Source: Escherichia coli (GTDB lineage: Bacteria; Pseudomonadota; Gammaproteobacteria; Enterobacterales; Enterobacteriaceae). From it: DNA of 64,000 nt. The DNA lies in NCBI RefSeq assembly GCF_003334305.1, contig NZ_QOWS01000006.1; one strand, given 5' to 3'. Each line of letters begins with the position of its first letter. The stretch's first letter is position 1. Of the stretch, positions 10,829 to 20,189 are shown piece by piece. Position numbers and translations under genes: made by a program. The notes under the pieces are model-generated. The model was not told where the DNA came from and did no database searches. It was given only the letters and a program-made list of their open reading frames with translations.

Positions 10829-13258
10829 GTGTCGTCGTTGCCCGTTGCTGCCGTCTTATCTGAATTACTTACCGCTCTCGATTGTGCGCCGCAGGTATTA
10901 TTAAGTGCGCCGACCGGGGCCGGGAAATCAACCTGGCTGCCGCTGCAACTGCTGGCGCATCCCGGCATTAACGGGAAAATTATCCTGCTGGAGCCGCGTC
11001 GTCTGGCGGCGCGTAACGTCGCGCAACGGCTGGCGGAGCTGCTTAACGAAAAGCCAGGCGATACCGTTGGCTACCGGATGCGTGCGCAAAACTGCGTCGG
11101 GCCGAATACCCGCCTGGAAGTGGTTACCGAAGGCGTGCTGACGCGCATGATCCAGCGTGACCCGGAACTGAGCGGTGTTGGACTGGTGATCCTTGATGAA
11201 TTTCATGAGCGCAGCTTGCAGGCGGATTTGGCGTTGGCGCTGTTACTCGATGTGCAACAAGGTCTGCGTGATGACCTTAAACTGCTGATTATGTCGGCTA
11301 CCCTGGACAACGACCGCTTGCAGCAAATGCTGCCAGAAGCGCCTGTCGTCATCTCAGAAGGGCGCTCGTTTCCGGTTGAACGCCGTTATTTACCGCTGCC
11401 CGCGCATCAGCGTTTTGACGATGCCGTTGCGGTAGCCACCGCTGAAATGCTGCGTCAGGAAAGCGGATCATTACTGTTATTTTTACCTGGCGTCGGAGAA
11501 ATTCAGCGTGTGCAGGAACAACTGGCTTCGCGCATCGGCAGTGATGTATTGCTCTGCCCGCTGTATGGCGCGTTGTCGCTGAACGATCAGCGAAAAGCGA
11601 TCCTCCCGGCACCGCAAGGGATGCGCAAAGTGGTGCTGGCGACCAATATTGCTGAAACCAGTTTAACCATTGAAGGTATTCGTCTGGTGGTGGATTGTGC
11701 CCAGGAGCGTGTGGCGCGTTTTGATCCGCGCACGGGGCTTACGCGACTGATTACTCAACGCGTTAGCCAGGCATCCATGACGCAGCGTGCCGGGCGCGCC
11801 GGGCGTCTGGAGCCGGGTATCTGCCTGCATTTAATCGCCAAAGAACAAGCAGAACGCGCCGCGGCGCAAAGTGAACCGGAGATCTTACAAAGCGATCTTT
11901 CCGGTTTGCTGATGGAATTACTGCAATGGGGATGCAGCGATCCGGCGCAGATGAGCTGGCTGGATCAACCGCCAGTAGTGAATCTACTGGCCGCGAAACG
12001 TCTGTTACAAATGCTGGGGGCACTGGAGGGTGAACGGCTTAGTGCGCAAGGGCAAAAAATGGCAGCGCTGGGTAACGATCCGCGTTTAGCGGCAATGCTG
12101 GTTAGCGCGAAGAACGACGACGAAGCTGCTACCGCGGCAAAAATTGCCGCCATTCTCGAAGAGCCGCCACGGATGGGCAATAGTGACCTGGGCGTGGCGT
12201 TTTCGCGCAATCAACCAGCCTGGCAGCAACGTAGTCAGCAACTGTTAAAACGCTTAAACGTACGTGGCGGTGAGGCAGACAGTTCGCTTATCGCGCCGCT
12301 ACTTGCCGGGGCGTTTGCCGATCGCATTGCTCGTCGCCGTGGGCAAGATGGACGCTATCAACTGGCAAACGGCATGGGAGCGATGCTCGATGCCAACGAC
12401 GCGCTAAGCCGCCACGAATGGTTGATCGCACCGTTATTATTGCAGGGCAGCGCCTCGCCGGATGCGCGGATTTTACTGGCGCTGCCGGTCGATATTGATG
12501 AGTTAGTACAACGCTGCCCGCAGCTGGTACAGCAGTCTGACACTGTGGAGTGGGATGACGCGCAAGGTACGCTGAAAGCCTGGCGTCGGCTACAAATCGG
12601 TCAGTTGACGGTGAAAGTGCAGCCGCTGGCGAAACCGTCAGAAGACGAGTTGCATCAGGCGATGCTTAATGGCATCCGTGATAAAGGTTTAAGCGTGCTC
12701 AACTGGACGGCGGAAGCGGAACAGCTACGCTTGCGTTTGTTATGCGCCGCAAAGTGGTTGCCGGAATATGACTGGCCAGCGGTTGATGATGAAAGTTTAT
12801 TGGCGACGCTGGAAACGTGGCTGCTGCCACATATGACTGGCGTACATTCACTACGCGGCCTGAAATCACTCGACATTTATCAGGCACTACGCGGATTACT
12901 TGATTGGGGAATGCAGCAACGTCTGGATAGTGAATTGCCTGCGCATTACACTGTGCCGACGGGAAGCCGGATCGCCATTCGTTATCATGAAGATAACCCG
13001 CCCGCGCTGGCGGTGAGAATGCAAGAGATGTTTGGCGAGGCCACCAATCCGACGATCGCCCAGGGGCGCGTGCCGCTGGTGCTGGAGTTGCTTTCACCTG
13101 CCCAAAGGCCATTACAAATCACACGAGATTTGAGCGCCTTCTGGAAAGGAGCGTACCGTGAGGTGCAAAAAGAGATGAAAGGGCGTTATCCCAAACATGT
13201 CTGGCCGGACGACCCGGCAAATACTGCACCGACGCGACGGACGAAAAAGTATTCGTAA
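10829..13258 (+). CDS. hrpB: ATP-dependent RNA helicase HrpB (DEAH box)
   Basis: Track ORF 824 aa; probable GTG start at 10829 (VSSLPVAAVLSELL..., 809 aa); Walker A GAGKST and DEFH motif. Confidence 0.85.
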   Translation: MSSLPVAAVLSELLTALDCAPQVLLSAPTGAGKSTWLPLQLLAHPGINGKIILLEPRRLAARNVAQRLAELLNEKPGDTVGYRMRAQNCVGPNTRLEVVTEGVLTRMIQRDPELSGVGLVILDEFHERSLQADLALALLLDVQQGLRDDLKLLIMSATLDNDRLQQMLPEAPVVISEGRSFPVERRYLPLPAHQRFDDAVAVATAEMLRQESGSLLLFLPGVGEIQRVQEQLASRIGSDVLLCPLYGALSLNDQRKAILPAPQGMRKVVLATNIAETSLTIEGIRLVVDCAQERVARFDPRTGLTRLITQRVSQASMTQRAGRAGRLEPGICLHLIAKEQAERAAAQSEPEILQSDLSGLLMELLQWGCSDPAQMSWLDQPPVVNLLAAKRLLQMLGALEGERLSAQGQKMAALGNDPRLAAMLVSAKNDDEAATAAKIAAILEEPPRMGNSDLGVAFSRNQPAWQQRSQQLLKRLNVRGGEADSSLIAPLLAGAFADRIARRRGQDGRYQLANGMGAMLDANDALSRHEWLIAPLLLQGSASPDARILLALPVDIDELVQRCPQLVQQSDTVEWDDAQGTLKAWRRLQIGQLTVKVQPLAKPSEDELHQAMLNGIRDKGLSVLNWTAEAEQLRLRLLCAAKWLPEYDWPAVDDESLLATLETWLLPHMTGVHSLRGLKSLDIYQALRGLLDWGMQQRLDSELPAHYTVPTGSRIAIRYHEDNPPALAVRMQEMFGEATNPTIAQGRVPLVLELLSPAQRPLQITRDLSAFWKGAYREVQKEMKGRYPKHVWPDDPANTAPTRRTKKYS

Positions 13259-13267
13259 GGTTGGTTT

Positions 13268-13358
13268 TCTCCCTCTCCCTGTGGGAGAGGGCCGGGGTGA
13301 GGGCATCAGCGCGCACGTTCACCCTCACCCTAACCCTCTCCCTCAAGGGAGAGGGGAC
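13268..13358. repeat. composite GC-rich imperfect palindromic element (hairpin CCCTCTCCC/GGGAGAGGG plus GGGGTGAGGG, mirrored); REP/BoxC-like intergenic repeat, family uncertain
   Basis: Two hairpin units and inverted GGGTGAGGG/CCCTCACCC blocks read directly in the hrpB-mrcB spacer. Confidence 0.6.
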
Positions 13359-13453
13359 CGATCGAGCACAAATTTTGAGAGATATCTTCTTCTGTCTTGT
13401 AACAGAAGAACAGAAAATCGGGCTTTTGCGCCTGAATATTGCGGAGAAAAAGC

Positions 13454-15988
13454 ATGGCCGGGAATGACCGCGAGCCAATTGGACGCAAAGGGAAACCGAC
13501 GCGTCCGGTCAAACAAAAGGTAAGCCGTCGTCGTTACGAAGATGACGATGATTACGACGATTATGATGACTATGAGGATGAAGAACCGATGCCGCGCAAA
13601 GGTAAGGGCAAAGGCAAAGGGCGTAAGCCTCGTGGCAAACGCGGCTGGCTATGGCTGCTGTTAAAACTGGCTATCGTTTTTGCCGTGCTGATCGCCATTT
13701 ACGGCGTTTATCTCGATCAAAAAATTCGTAGCCGTATTGATGGCAAGGTCTGGCAACTGCCTGCGGCAGTTTATGGCCGAATGGTCAATCTTGAGCCAGA
13801 TATGACCATCAGCAAGAACGAGATGGTGAAGCTGCTGGAGGCGACTCAGTATCGTCAGGTGTCGAAAATGACCCGTCCTGGCGAATTTACCGTGCAGGCC
13901 AACAGCATTGAGATGATCCGCCGTCCGTTTGATTTCCCGGACAGTAAAGAAGGGCAGGTGCGTGCGCGTCTGACCTTTGATGGTGATCATCTGGCGACGA
14001 TCGTCAATATGGAGAACAACCGTCAGTTCGGTTTCTTCCGTCTTGATCCGCGCCTGATCACCATGATCTCTTCGCCAAACGGTGAGCAGCGTCTGTTTGT
14101 GCCGCGCAGTGGTTTCCCTGATTTGCTGGTGGATACTTTGCTGGCGACAGAAGACCGCCATTTCTACGAGCATGATGGGATCAGCCTCTACTCAATTGGG
14201 CGTGCGGTGCTGGCAAACCTGACCGCAGGTCGCACGGTGCAGGGTGCGAGTACGCTGACGCAACAGCTGGTGAAAAACCTGTTCCTCTCCAGCGAGCGCT
14301 CTTACTGGCGTAAAGCGAACGAAGCCTACATGGCGCTGATCATGGACGCGCGTTACAGCAAAGACCGTATTCTTGAGCTGTATATGAACGAGGTGTATCT
14401 CGGTCAGAGCGGCGACAACGAAATCCGCGGCTTCCCGCTGGCAAGCTTGTATTACTTTGGTCGCCCGGTAGAAGAGCTAAGCCTCGACCAGCAGGCGCTG
14501 TTAGTCGGTATGGTGAAAGGGGCGTCCATCTACAACCCGTGGCGTAACCCGAAACTGGCGCTGGAGCGACGTAATCTGGTGCTGCGTCTGCTGCAACAGC
14601 AACAGATTATTGATCAAGAACTCTATGACATGTTGAGTGCACGTCCGCTGGGGGTTCAGCCGCGCGGTGGGGTAATCTCTCCACAGCCAGCCTTTATGCA
14701 ACTGGTGCGTCAGGAGCTGCAGGCAAAACTGGGCGATAAGGTAAAAGATCTCTCCGGCGTGAAGATCTTCACTACCTTTGACTCGGTGGCCCAGGACGCG
14801 GCAGAAAAAGCCGCCGTGGAAGGCATTCCGGCACTGAAGAAACAGCGTAAGTTGAGCGATCTTGAAACTGCGATTGTGGTCGTCGACCGCTTTAGTGGTG
14901 AAGTTCGTGCGATGGTCGGAGGTTCTGAGCCGCAGTTTGCGGGCTACAACCGTGCGATGCAGGCGCGTCGTTCGATTGGTTCCCTTGCAAAACCAGCGAC
15001 TTATCTGACGGCTTTAAGCCAGCCGAAAATCTATCGCCTGAACACGTGGATTGCCGATGCGCCAATCGCGCTGCGTCAGCCGAATGGCCAGGTCTGGTCA
15101 CCGCAGAACGATGACCGTCGTTATAGCGAAAGCGGCAGAGTGATGCTGGTGGATGCGTTGACCCGTTCGATGAACGTGCCGACGGTAAATCTGGGGATGG
15201 CGCTGGGGCTGCCTGCAGTTACGGATACCTGGATCAAACTGGGCGTACCGAAAGATCAGCTGCATCCGGTTCCGGCGATGCTGCTGGGGGCGTTGAACTT
15301 AACGCCAATCGAAGTGGCGCAGGCGTTCCAGACCATCGCCAGCGGTGGTAACCGTGCACCGCTTTCTGCACTGCGTTCGGTAATCGCGGAAGATGGCAAG
15401 GTGCTGTATCAGAGCTTCCCGCAGGCAGAACGCGCTGTTCCGGCGCAGGCGGCGTATCTGACACTATGGACCATGCAGCAGGTGGTACAACGTGGTACGG
15501 GTCGTCAGCTTGGGGCGAAATACCCGAACCTGCATCTGGCAGGGAAAACAGGGACTACCAACAATAACGTAGATACCTGGTTTGCAGGCATTGACGGCAG
15601 CACGGTGACCATCACCTGGGTAGGCCGTGATAACAACCAGCCGACCAAACTGTATGGAGCCAGCGGGGCAATGTCGATTTATCAGCGTTATCTGGCTAAC
15701 CAGACGCCAACGCCGCTGAATCTTGTTCCGCCAGAAGATATTGCAGATATGGGCGTGGACTACGACGGCAACTTTGTTTGCAGCGGTGGCATGCGTGTCT
15801 TGCCGGTCTGGACCAGCGATCCGCAATCGCTGTGCCAGCAGAGCGAGATGCAGCAGCAGCCGTCAGGCAATCCGTTTGATCAGTCTTCTCAGCCGCAGCA
15901 ACAGCCGCAACAGCAACCTGCTCAGCAAGAGCAGAAAGACAGCGACGGTGTAGCCGGTTGGATCAAGGATATGTTTGGTAGTAATTAA
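13454..15988 (+). CDS. mrcB: penicillin-binding protein 1B (bifunctional glycosyltransferase/transpeptidase)
   Basis: Track ORF 849 aa; PBP1b starts [19 protein letters not shown] (844 aa) with Shine-Dalgarno GGAGA upstream; acidic/basic N-terminal tail and Q/P-rich C-terminus. Confidence 0.9.
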   Translation: MAGNDREPIGRKGKPTRPVKQKVSRRRYEDDDDYDDYDDYEDEEPMPRKGKGKGKGRKPRGKRGWLWLLLKLAIVFAVLIAIYGVYLDQKIRSRIDGKVWQLPAAVYGRMVNLEPDMTISKNEMVKLLEATQYRQVSKMTRPGEFTVQANSIEMIRRPFDFPDSKEGQVRARLTFDGDHLATIVNMENNRQFGFFRLDPRLITMISSPNGEQRLFVPRSGFPDLLVDTLLATEDRHFYEHDGISLYSIGRAVLANLTAGRTVQGASTLTQQLVKNLFLSSERSYWRKANEAYMALIMDARYSKDRILELYMNEVYLGQSGDNEIRGFPLASLYYFGRPVEELSLDQQALLVGMVKGASIYNPWRNPKLALERRNLVLRLLQQQQIIDQELYDMLSARPLGVQPRGGVISPQPAFMQLVRQELQAKLGDKVKDLSGVKIFTTFDSVAQDAAEKAAVEGIPALKKQRKLSDLETAIVVVDRFSGEVRAMVGGSEPQFAGYNRAMQARRSIGSLAKPATYLTALSQPKIYRLNTWIADAPIALRQPNGQVWSPQNDDRRYSESGRVMLVDALTRSMNVPTVNLGMALGLPAVTDTWIKLGVPKDQLHPVPAMLLGALNLTPIEVAQAFQTIASGGNRAPLSALRSVIAEDGKVLYQSFPQAERAVPAQAAYLTLWTMQQVVQRGTGRQLGAKYPNLHLAGKTGTTNNNVDTWFAGIDGSTVTITWVGRDNNQPTKLYGASGAMSIYQRYLANQTPTPLNLVPPEDIADMGVDYDGNFVCSGGMRVLPVWTSDPQSLCQQSEMQQQPSGNPFDQSSQPQQQPQQQPAQQEQKDSDGVAGWIKDMFGSN

Positions 15989-16004
15989 CATCTAAGCGTG
16001 AAAT

Positions 16005-16029
16005 ACCGGATGGCGAGTTGCCATCCGGT
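16005..16029 (+). terminator. stem-loop downstream of mrcB (ACCGGATGGC-GAGTT-GCCATCCGGT), no clear U-tract
   Basis: Perfect 10-bp inverted repeat read in the sequence. Confidence 0.35.
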
Positions 16030-16150
16030 AAAATAACATCCCATCTAAGATATTAACCCTTTCTTTTCATCTGGTTGTTTATTAACCCTTCAGGAACGCT
16101 CAGATTGCGTACCGCTTGCGAACCCGCCAGCGTTTCGAATATTATCTTAT

Positions 16151-16187
16151 CTTTATAATAATCATTCTCGTTTACGTTATCATTCAC
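16151..16187 (+). promoter_or_regulatory. fhuA promoter with Fur box overlapping the -10 (TATAAT at 16154-16159)
   Basis: ATAATAATCATTCTC and TTATCATTC resemble the Fur consensus GATAATGATAATCATTATC, about 25-55 bp upstream of the fhuA start. Confidence 0.6.
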
Positions 16188-16207
16188 TTTACATCAGAGA
16201 TATACCA

Positions 16208-18451
16208 ATGGCGCGTTCCAAAACTGCTCAGCCAAAACACTCACTGCGTAAAATCGCAGTTGTAGTAGCCACAGCGGTTAGCGGCATGTCTGTTTATGCA
16301 CAGGCAGCGGTTGAACCGAAAGAAGACACTATCACCGTTACCGCTGCACCTGCGCCGCAAGAAAGCGCATGGGGGCCTGCTGCAACTATTGCGGCGCGAC
16401 AGTCTGCTACCGGCACTAAAACCGATACGCCGATTCAAAAAGTGCCACAGTCTATTTCTGTTGTGACCGCCGAAGAGATGGCGCTGCATCAGCCGAAGTC
16501 GGTAAAAGAAGCGCTTAGCTACACGCCGGGTGTCTCTGTTGGTACGCGTGGCGCATCCAACACCTATGACCACCTGATCATTCGCGGCTTTGCGGCAGAA
16601 GGCCAAAGCCAGAATAACTATCTGAATGGACTGAAGTTGCAGGGCAACTTCTATAACGATGCGGTCATTGACCCGTATATGCTGGAACGCGCTGAAATTA
16701 TGCGTGGCCCGGTTTCCGTGCTTTACGGTAAAAGCAGTCCTGGCGGCCTGTTGAATATGGTCAGCAAGCGTCCGACCACCGAACCGCTGAAAGAAGTTCA
16801 GTTTAAAGCCGGTACTGACAGCCTGTTCCAGACTGGTTTTGACTTTAGCGATTCGTTGGATGATGACGGTGTTTACTCTTATCGCCTGACCGGTCTTGCG
16901 CGTTCTGCCAATGCCCAGCAGAAAGGGTCAGAAGAGCAGCGTTATGCTATTGCACCGGCGTTCACCTGGCGTCCGGATGATAAAACCAATTTTACCTTCC
17001 TTTCTTACTTCCAGAACGAGCCGGAAACCGGTTATTACGGCTGGTTGCCGAAAGAGGGAACCGTTGAGCCGCTGCCGAACGGTAAGCGTCTGCCGACAGA
17101 CTTTAATGAAGGGGCGAAGAACAACACCTATTCTCGTAATGAGAAGATGGTCGGCTACAGCTTCGATCACGAATTTAACGACACCTTTACTGTGCGTCAG
17201 AACCTGCGCTTTGCTGAAAACAAAACCTCGCAAAACAGCGTTTATGGTTACGGCGTCTGCTCCGATCCGGCGAATGCTTACAGCAAACAGTGTGCGGCAT
17301 TAGCGCCAGCGGATAAAGGCCATTATCTGGCACGTAAATACGTCGTTGATGATGAGAAGCTGCAAAACTTCTCCGTTGATACCCAGTTGCAGAGCAAGTT
17401 TGCCACTGGCGATATCGACCACACCCTGCTGACCGGTGTCGACTTTATGCGTATGCGTAATGACATCAACGCCTGGTTTGGTTACGACGACTCTGTGCCA
17501 CTGCTCAATCTGTACAATCCGGTGAATACCGATTTCGACTTCAATGCCAAAGATCCGGCAAACTCCGGCCCTTACCGCATTCTGAATAAGCAGAAACAAA
17601 CGGGCGTTTATGTTCAGGATCAGGCGCAGTGGGATAAAGTGCTGGTCACCCTGGGCGGTCGTTATGACTGGGCAGATCAAGAATCTCTTAACCGCGTTGC
17701 TGGGACGACCGATAAACGTGATGACAAACAGTTTACCTGGCGTGGTGGTGTTAACTACCTGTTTGATAATGGTGTAACACCTTACTTCAGCTATAGCGAA
17801 TCGTTTGAACCTTCTTCGCAAGTTGGGAAGGATGGTAATATTTTCGCACCGTCTAAAGGTAAGCAGTATGAAGTCGGCGTGAAATATGTACCGGAAGATC
17901 GTCCGATTGTAGTTACTGGTGCCGTGTATAATCTCACTAAAACCAACAACCTGATGGCGGACCCTGAGGGTTCCTTCTTCTCGGTTGAAGGTGGCGAGAT
18001 CCGCGCACGTGGCGTAGAAATCGAAGCGAAAGCGGCGCTGTCGGCGAGTGTTAACGTAGTCGGTTCTTATACTTACACCGATGCGGAATACACCACCGAT
18101 ACTACCTATAAAGGCAATACGCCTGCACAGGTGCCAAAACACATGGCTTCGCTGTGGGCTGACTATACCTTCTTTGACGGTCCGCTTTCAGGTCTGACGC
18201 TGGGCACCGGTGGTCGTTATACTGGCTCCAGCTATGGTGATCCGGCTAACTCCTTTAAAGTGGGAAGTTATACGGTCGTGGATGCGTTAGTGCGTTATGA
18301 TCTGGCGCGAGTCGGCATGGCGGGCTCCAACGTGGCGCTGCATGTTAACAACCTGTTCGATCGTGAATACGTCGCCAGCTGCTTTAACACTTATGGCTGC
18401 TTCTGGGGCGCAGAACGTCAGGTCGTTGCAACCGCAACCTTCCGTTTCTAA
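16208..18451 (+). CDS. fhuA: TonB-dependent ferrichrome outer-membrane transporter (receptor for phages T1, T5, phi80 and colicin M)
   Basis: 747-aa ORF with signal peptide, TonB box DTITVTA and C-terminal F (ATFRF). Confidence 0.95.
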   Translation: MARSKTAQPKHSLRKIAVVVATAVSGMSVYAQAAVEPKEDTITVTAAPAPQESAWGPAATIAARQSATGTKTDTPIQKVPQSISVVTAEEMALHQPKSVKEALSYTPGVSVGTRGASNTYDHLIIRGFAAEGQSQNNYLNGLKLQGNFYNDAVIDPYMLERAEIMRGPVSVLYGKSSPGGLLNMVSKRPTTEPLKEVQFKAGTDSLFQTGFDFSDSLDDDGVYSYRLTGLARSANAQQKGSEEQRYAIAPAFTWRPDDKTNFTFLSYFQNEPETGYYGWLPKEGTVEPLPNGKRLPTDFNEGAKNNTYSRNEKMVGYSFDHEFNDTFTVRQNLRFAENKTSQNSVYGYGVCSDPANAYSKQCAALAPADKGHYLARKYVVDDEKLQNFSVDTQLQSKFATGDIDHTLLTGVDFMRMRNDINAWFGYDDSVPLLNLYNPVNTDFDFNAKDPANSGPYRILNKQKQTGVYVQDQAQWDKVLVTLGGRYDWADQESLNRVAGTTDKRDDKQFTWRGGVNYLFDNGVTPYFSYSESFEPSSQVGKDGNIFAPSKGKQYEVGVKYVPEDRPIVVTGAVYNLTKTNNLMADPEGSFFSVEGGEIRARGVEIEAKAALSASVNVVGSYTYTDAEYTTDTTYKGNTPAQVPKHMASLWADYTFFDGPLSGLTLGTGGRYTGSSYGDPANSFKVGSYTVVDALVRYDLARVGMAGSNVALHVNNLFDREYVASCFNTYGCFWGAERQVVATATFRF

Positions 18452-18501
18452 TTTCTCTTTTGGGGCACGGATTACCGTGCCCATTTCACAAGTTGGCTGT
18501 T

Positions 18502-19299
18502 ATGCAGGAATACACGAATCATTCCGATACCACTTTTGCACTGCGTAATATCTCCTTTCGTGTGCCCGGGCGCACGCTTTTGCATCCGCTGTCGTTAACC
18601 TTTCCTGCCGGGAAAGTGACCGGTCTGATCGGTCACAACGGTTCTGGTAAATCCACTCTGCTCAAAATGCTTGGCCGTCATCAGCCTCCGACGGAAGGGG
18701 AGATTCTTCTTGATACCCAGCCGCTGGAAAGCTGGAGCAGCAAAGCGTTCGCCCGCAAAGTGGCTTATTTGCCGCAGCAGCTTCCTCCGGCAGAAGGGTT
18801 GACCGTGCGTGAACTGGTGGCGATTGGTCGTTACCCGTGGCATGGCGCGCTGGGGCGCTTTGGGGCGGCAGATCGCGAAAAAGTCGAGGAAGCTATCTCG
18901 CTGGTTGGCTTAAAACCGCTGGCGCATCGGCTGGTCGATAGTCTCTCTGGCGGCGAACGTCAACGGGCGTGGATCGCCATGCTGGTGGCGCAGGATAGCC
19001 GTTGTCTGTTGCTCGACGAACCGACTTCGGCGCTGGATATCGCCCACCAGGTTGATGTGCTGGCGCTGGTGCACCGTTTAAGTCAGGAACGTGGCCTGAC
19101 GGTCATTGCCGTGCTGCACGATATCAATATGGCGGCACGCTACTGTGATTATCTGGTCGCCCTGCGCGGTGGTGAAATGATTGCTCAGGGAACGCCTGCG
19201 GAAATTATGCGCGGCGAAACCCTCGAAATGATTTATGGCATCCCGATGGGTATTTTGCCGCATCCGGCGGGTGCTGCACCTGTGAGTTTTGTTTATTGA
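18502..19299 (+). CDS. fhuC: ferric hydroxamate ABC transporter ATP-binding protein
   Basis: Starts MQEYTNHSDTTFALRN; Walker A GHNGSGKST, ABC signature LSGGERQR; 265 aa. Confidence 0.9.
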   Translation: MQEYTNHSDTTFALRNISFRVPGRTLLHPLSLTFPAGKVTGLIGHNGSGKSTLLKMLGRHQPPTEGEILLDTQPLESWSSKAFARKVAYLPQQLPPAEGLTVRELVAIGRYPWHGALGRFGAADREKVEEAISLVGLKPLAHRLVDSLSGGERQRAWIAMLVAQDSRCLLLDEPTSALDIAHQVDVLALVHRLSQERGLTVIAVLHDINMAARYCDYLVALRGGEMIAQGTPAEIMRGETLEMIYGIPMGILPHPAGAAPVSFVY

Positions 19300-20189
19300 T
19301 GAGCGGCTTACCTCTTATTTCGCGCCGTCGACTGTTAACGGCGATGGCGCTTTCTCCGTTGTTATGGCAGATGAATACCGCCCACGCGGCGGCTATTGAC
19401 CCCAATCGTATTGTGGCGCTGGAGTGGTTGCCGGTGGAATTACTGCTGGCGCTCGGCATCGTGCCTTACGGCGTGGCGGATACCATCAACTATCGCCTGT
19501 GGGTCAGCGAACCACCATTGCCGGACTCAGTGATTGACGTCGGTTTGCGTACAGAACCTAACCTTGAACTGCTGACCGAAATGAAACCGTCGTTTATGGT
19601 CTGGTCGGCAGGATATGGCCCTTCATCAGAAATGCTGGCACGTATTGCGCCGGGTCGCGGATTTAACTTCAGTGACGGCAAACAGCCGTTGGCGATGGCG
19701 CGTAAATCGCTGACGGAAATGGCAGATTTACTTAACCTGCAAAGCGCAGCGGAAACGCATTTAGCGCAATACGAAGACTTTATCCGCAGCATGAAACCCC
19801 GCTTTGTGAAGCGTGGTGCACGCCCGTTACTGCTGACGACGCTTATCGATCCGCGCCATATGCTGGTCTTCGGTCCAAACAGCTTGTTCCAGGAAATTCT
19901 CGATGAGTACGGCATCCCAAATGCCTGGCAAGGGGAAACCAACTTCTGGGGCAGTACCGCCGTCAGTATCGATCGTCTGGCGGCGTATAAAGACGTTGAT
20001 GTGCTCTGTTTTGATCACGACAACAGCAAAGACATGGATGCGCTAATGGCAACCCCGCTGTGGCAGGCCATGCCGTTTGTCCGCGCCGGACGCTTTCAGC
20101 GCGTACCCGCAGTCTGGTTTTATGGTGCGACGCTCTCGGCAATGCACTTTGTGCGCGTTCTGGATAACGCCATCGGAGGTAAAGCGTGA
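19299..20189 (+). CDS. fhuD: ferric hydroxamate periplasmic binding protein
   Basis: ATG overlaps the fhuC stop (ATGA); 296 aa, signal peptide MSGLPLISRRRLLTAMALSPLLWQMNTAHA. Confidence 0.9.
   Translation: MSGLPLISRRRLLTAMALSPLLWQMNTAHAAAIDPNRIVALEWLPVELLLALGIVPYGVADTINYRLWVSEPPLPDSVIDVGLRTEPNLELLTEMKPSFMVWSAGYGPSSEMLARIAPGRGFNFSDGKQPLAMARKSLTEMADLLNLQSAAETHLAQYEDFIRSMKPRFVKRGARPLLLTTLIDPRHMLVFGPNSLFQEILDEYGIPNAWQGETNFWGSTAVSIDRLAAYKDVDVLCFDHDNSKDMDALMATPLWQAMPFVRAGRFQRVPAVWFYGATLSAMHFVRVLDNAIGGKA

Noticed and set aside
10756-10968. Upstream extension of thpR (ligT) to 247 aa overlapping the hrpB start
   Set aside because: The 2H phosphoesterase starts at MSEPQRLFF; the extension is low-complexity and overlaps the divergent hrpB promoter and start.
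13268-13358. Possible CRISPR or mobile-element signature in the palindromic repeat
   Set aside because: A single nested palindrome without a regular repeat-spacer array, cas genes, terminal inverted repeats with target duplication, or a transposase.
13197-13523. Several 60-120-aa ORFs over the hrpB-mrcB spacer
   Set aside because: They translate the GC-rich palindromic repeat in both orientations (LSLWERAGVRA-type peptides) and are repeat artefacts.
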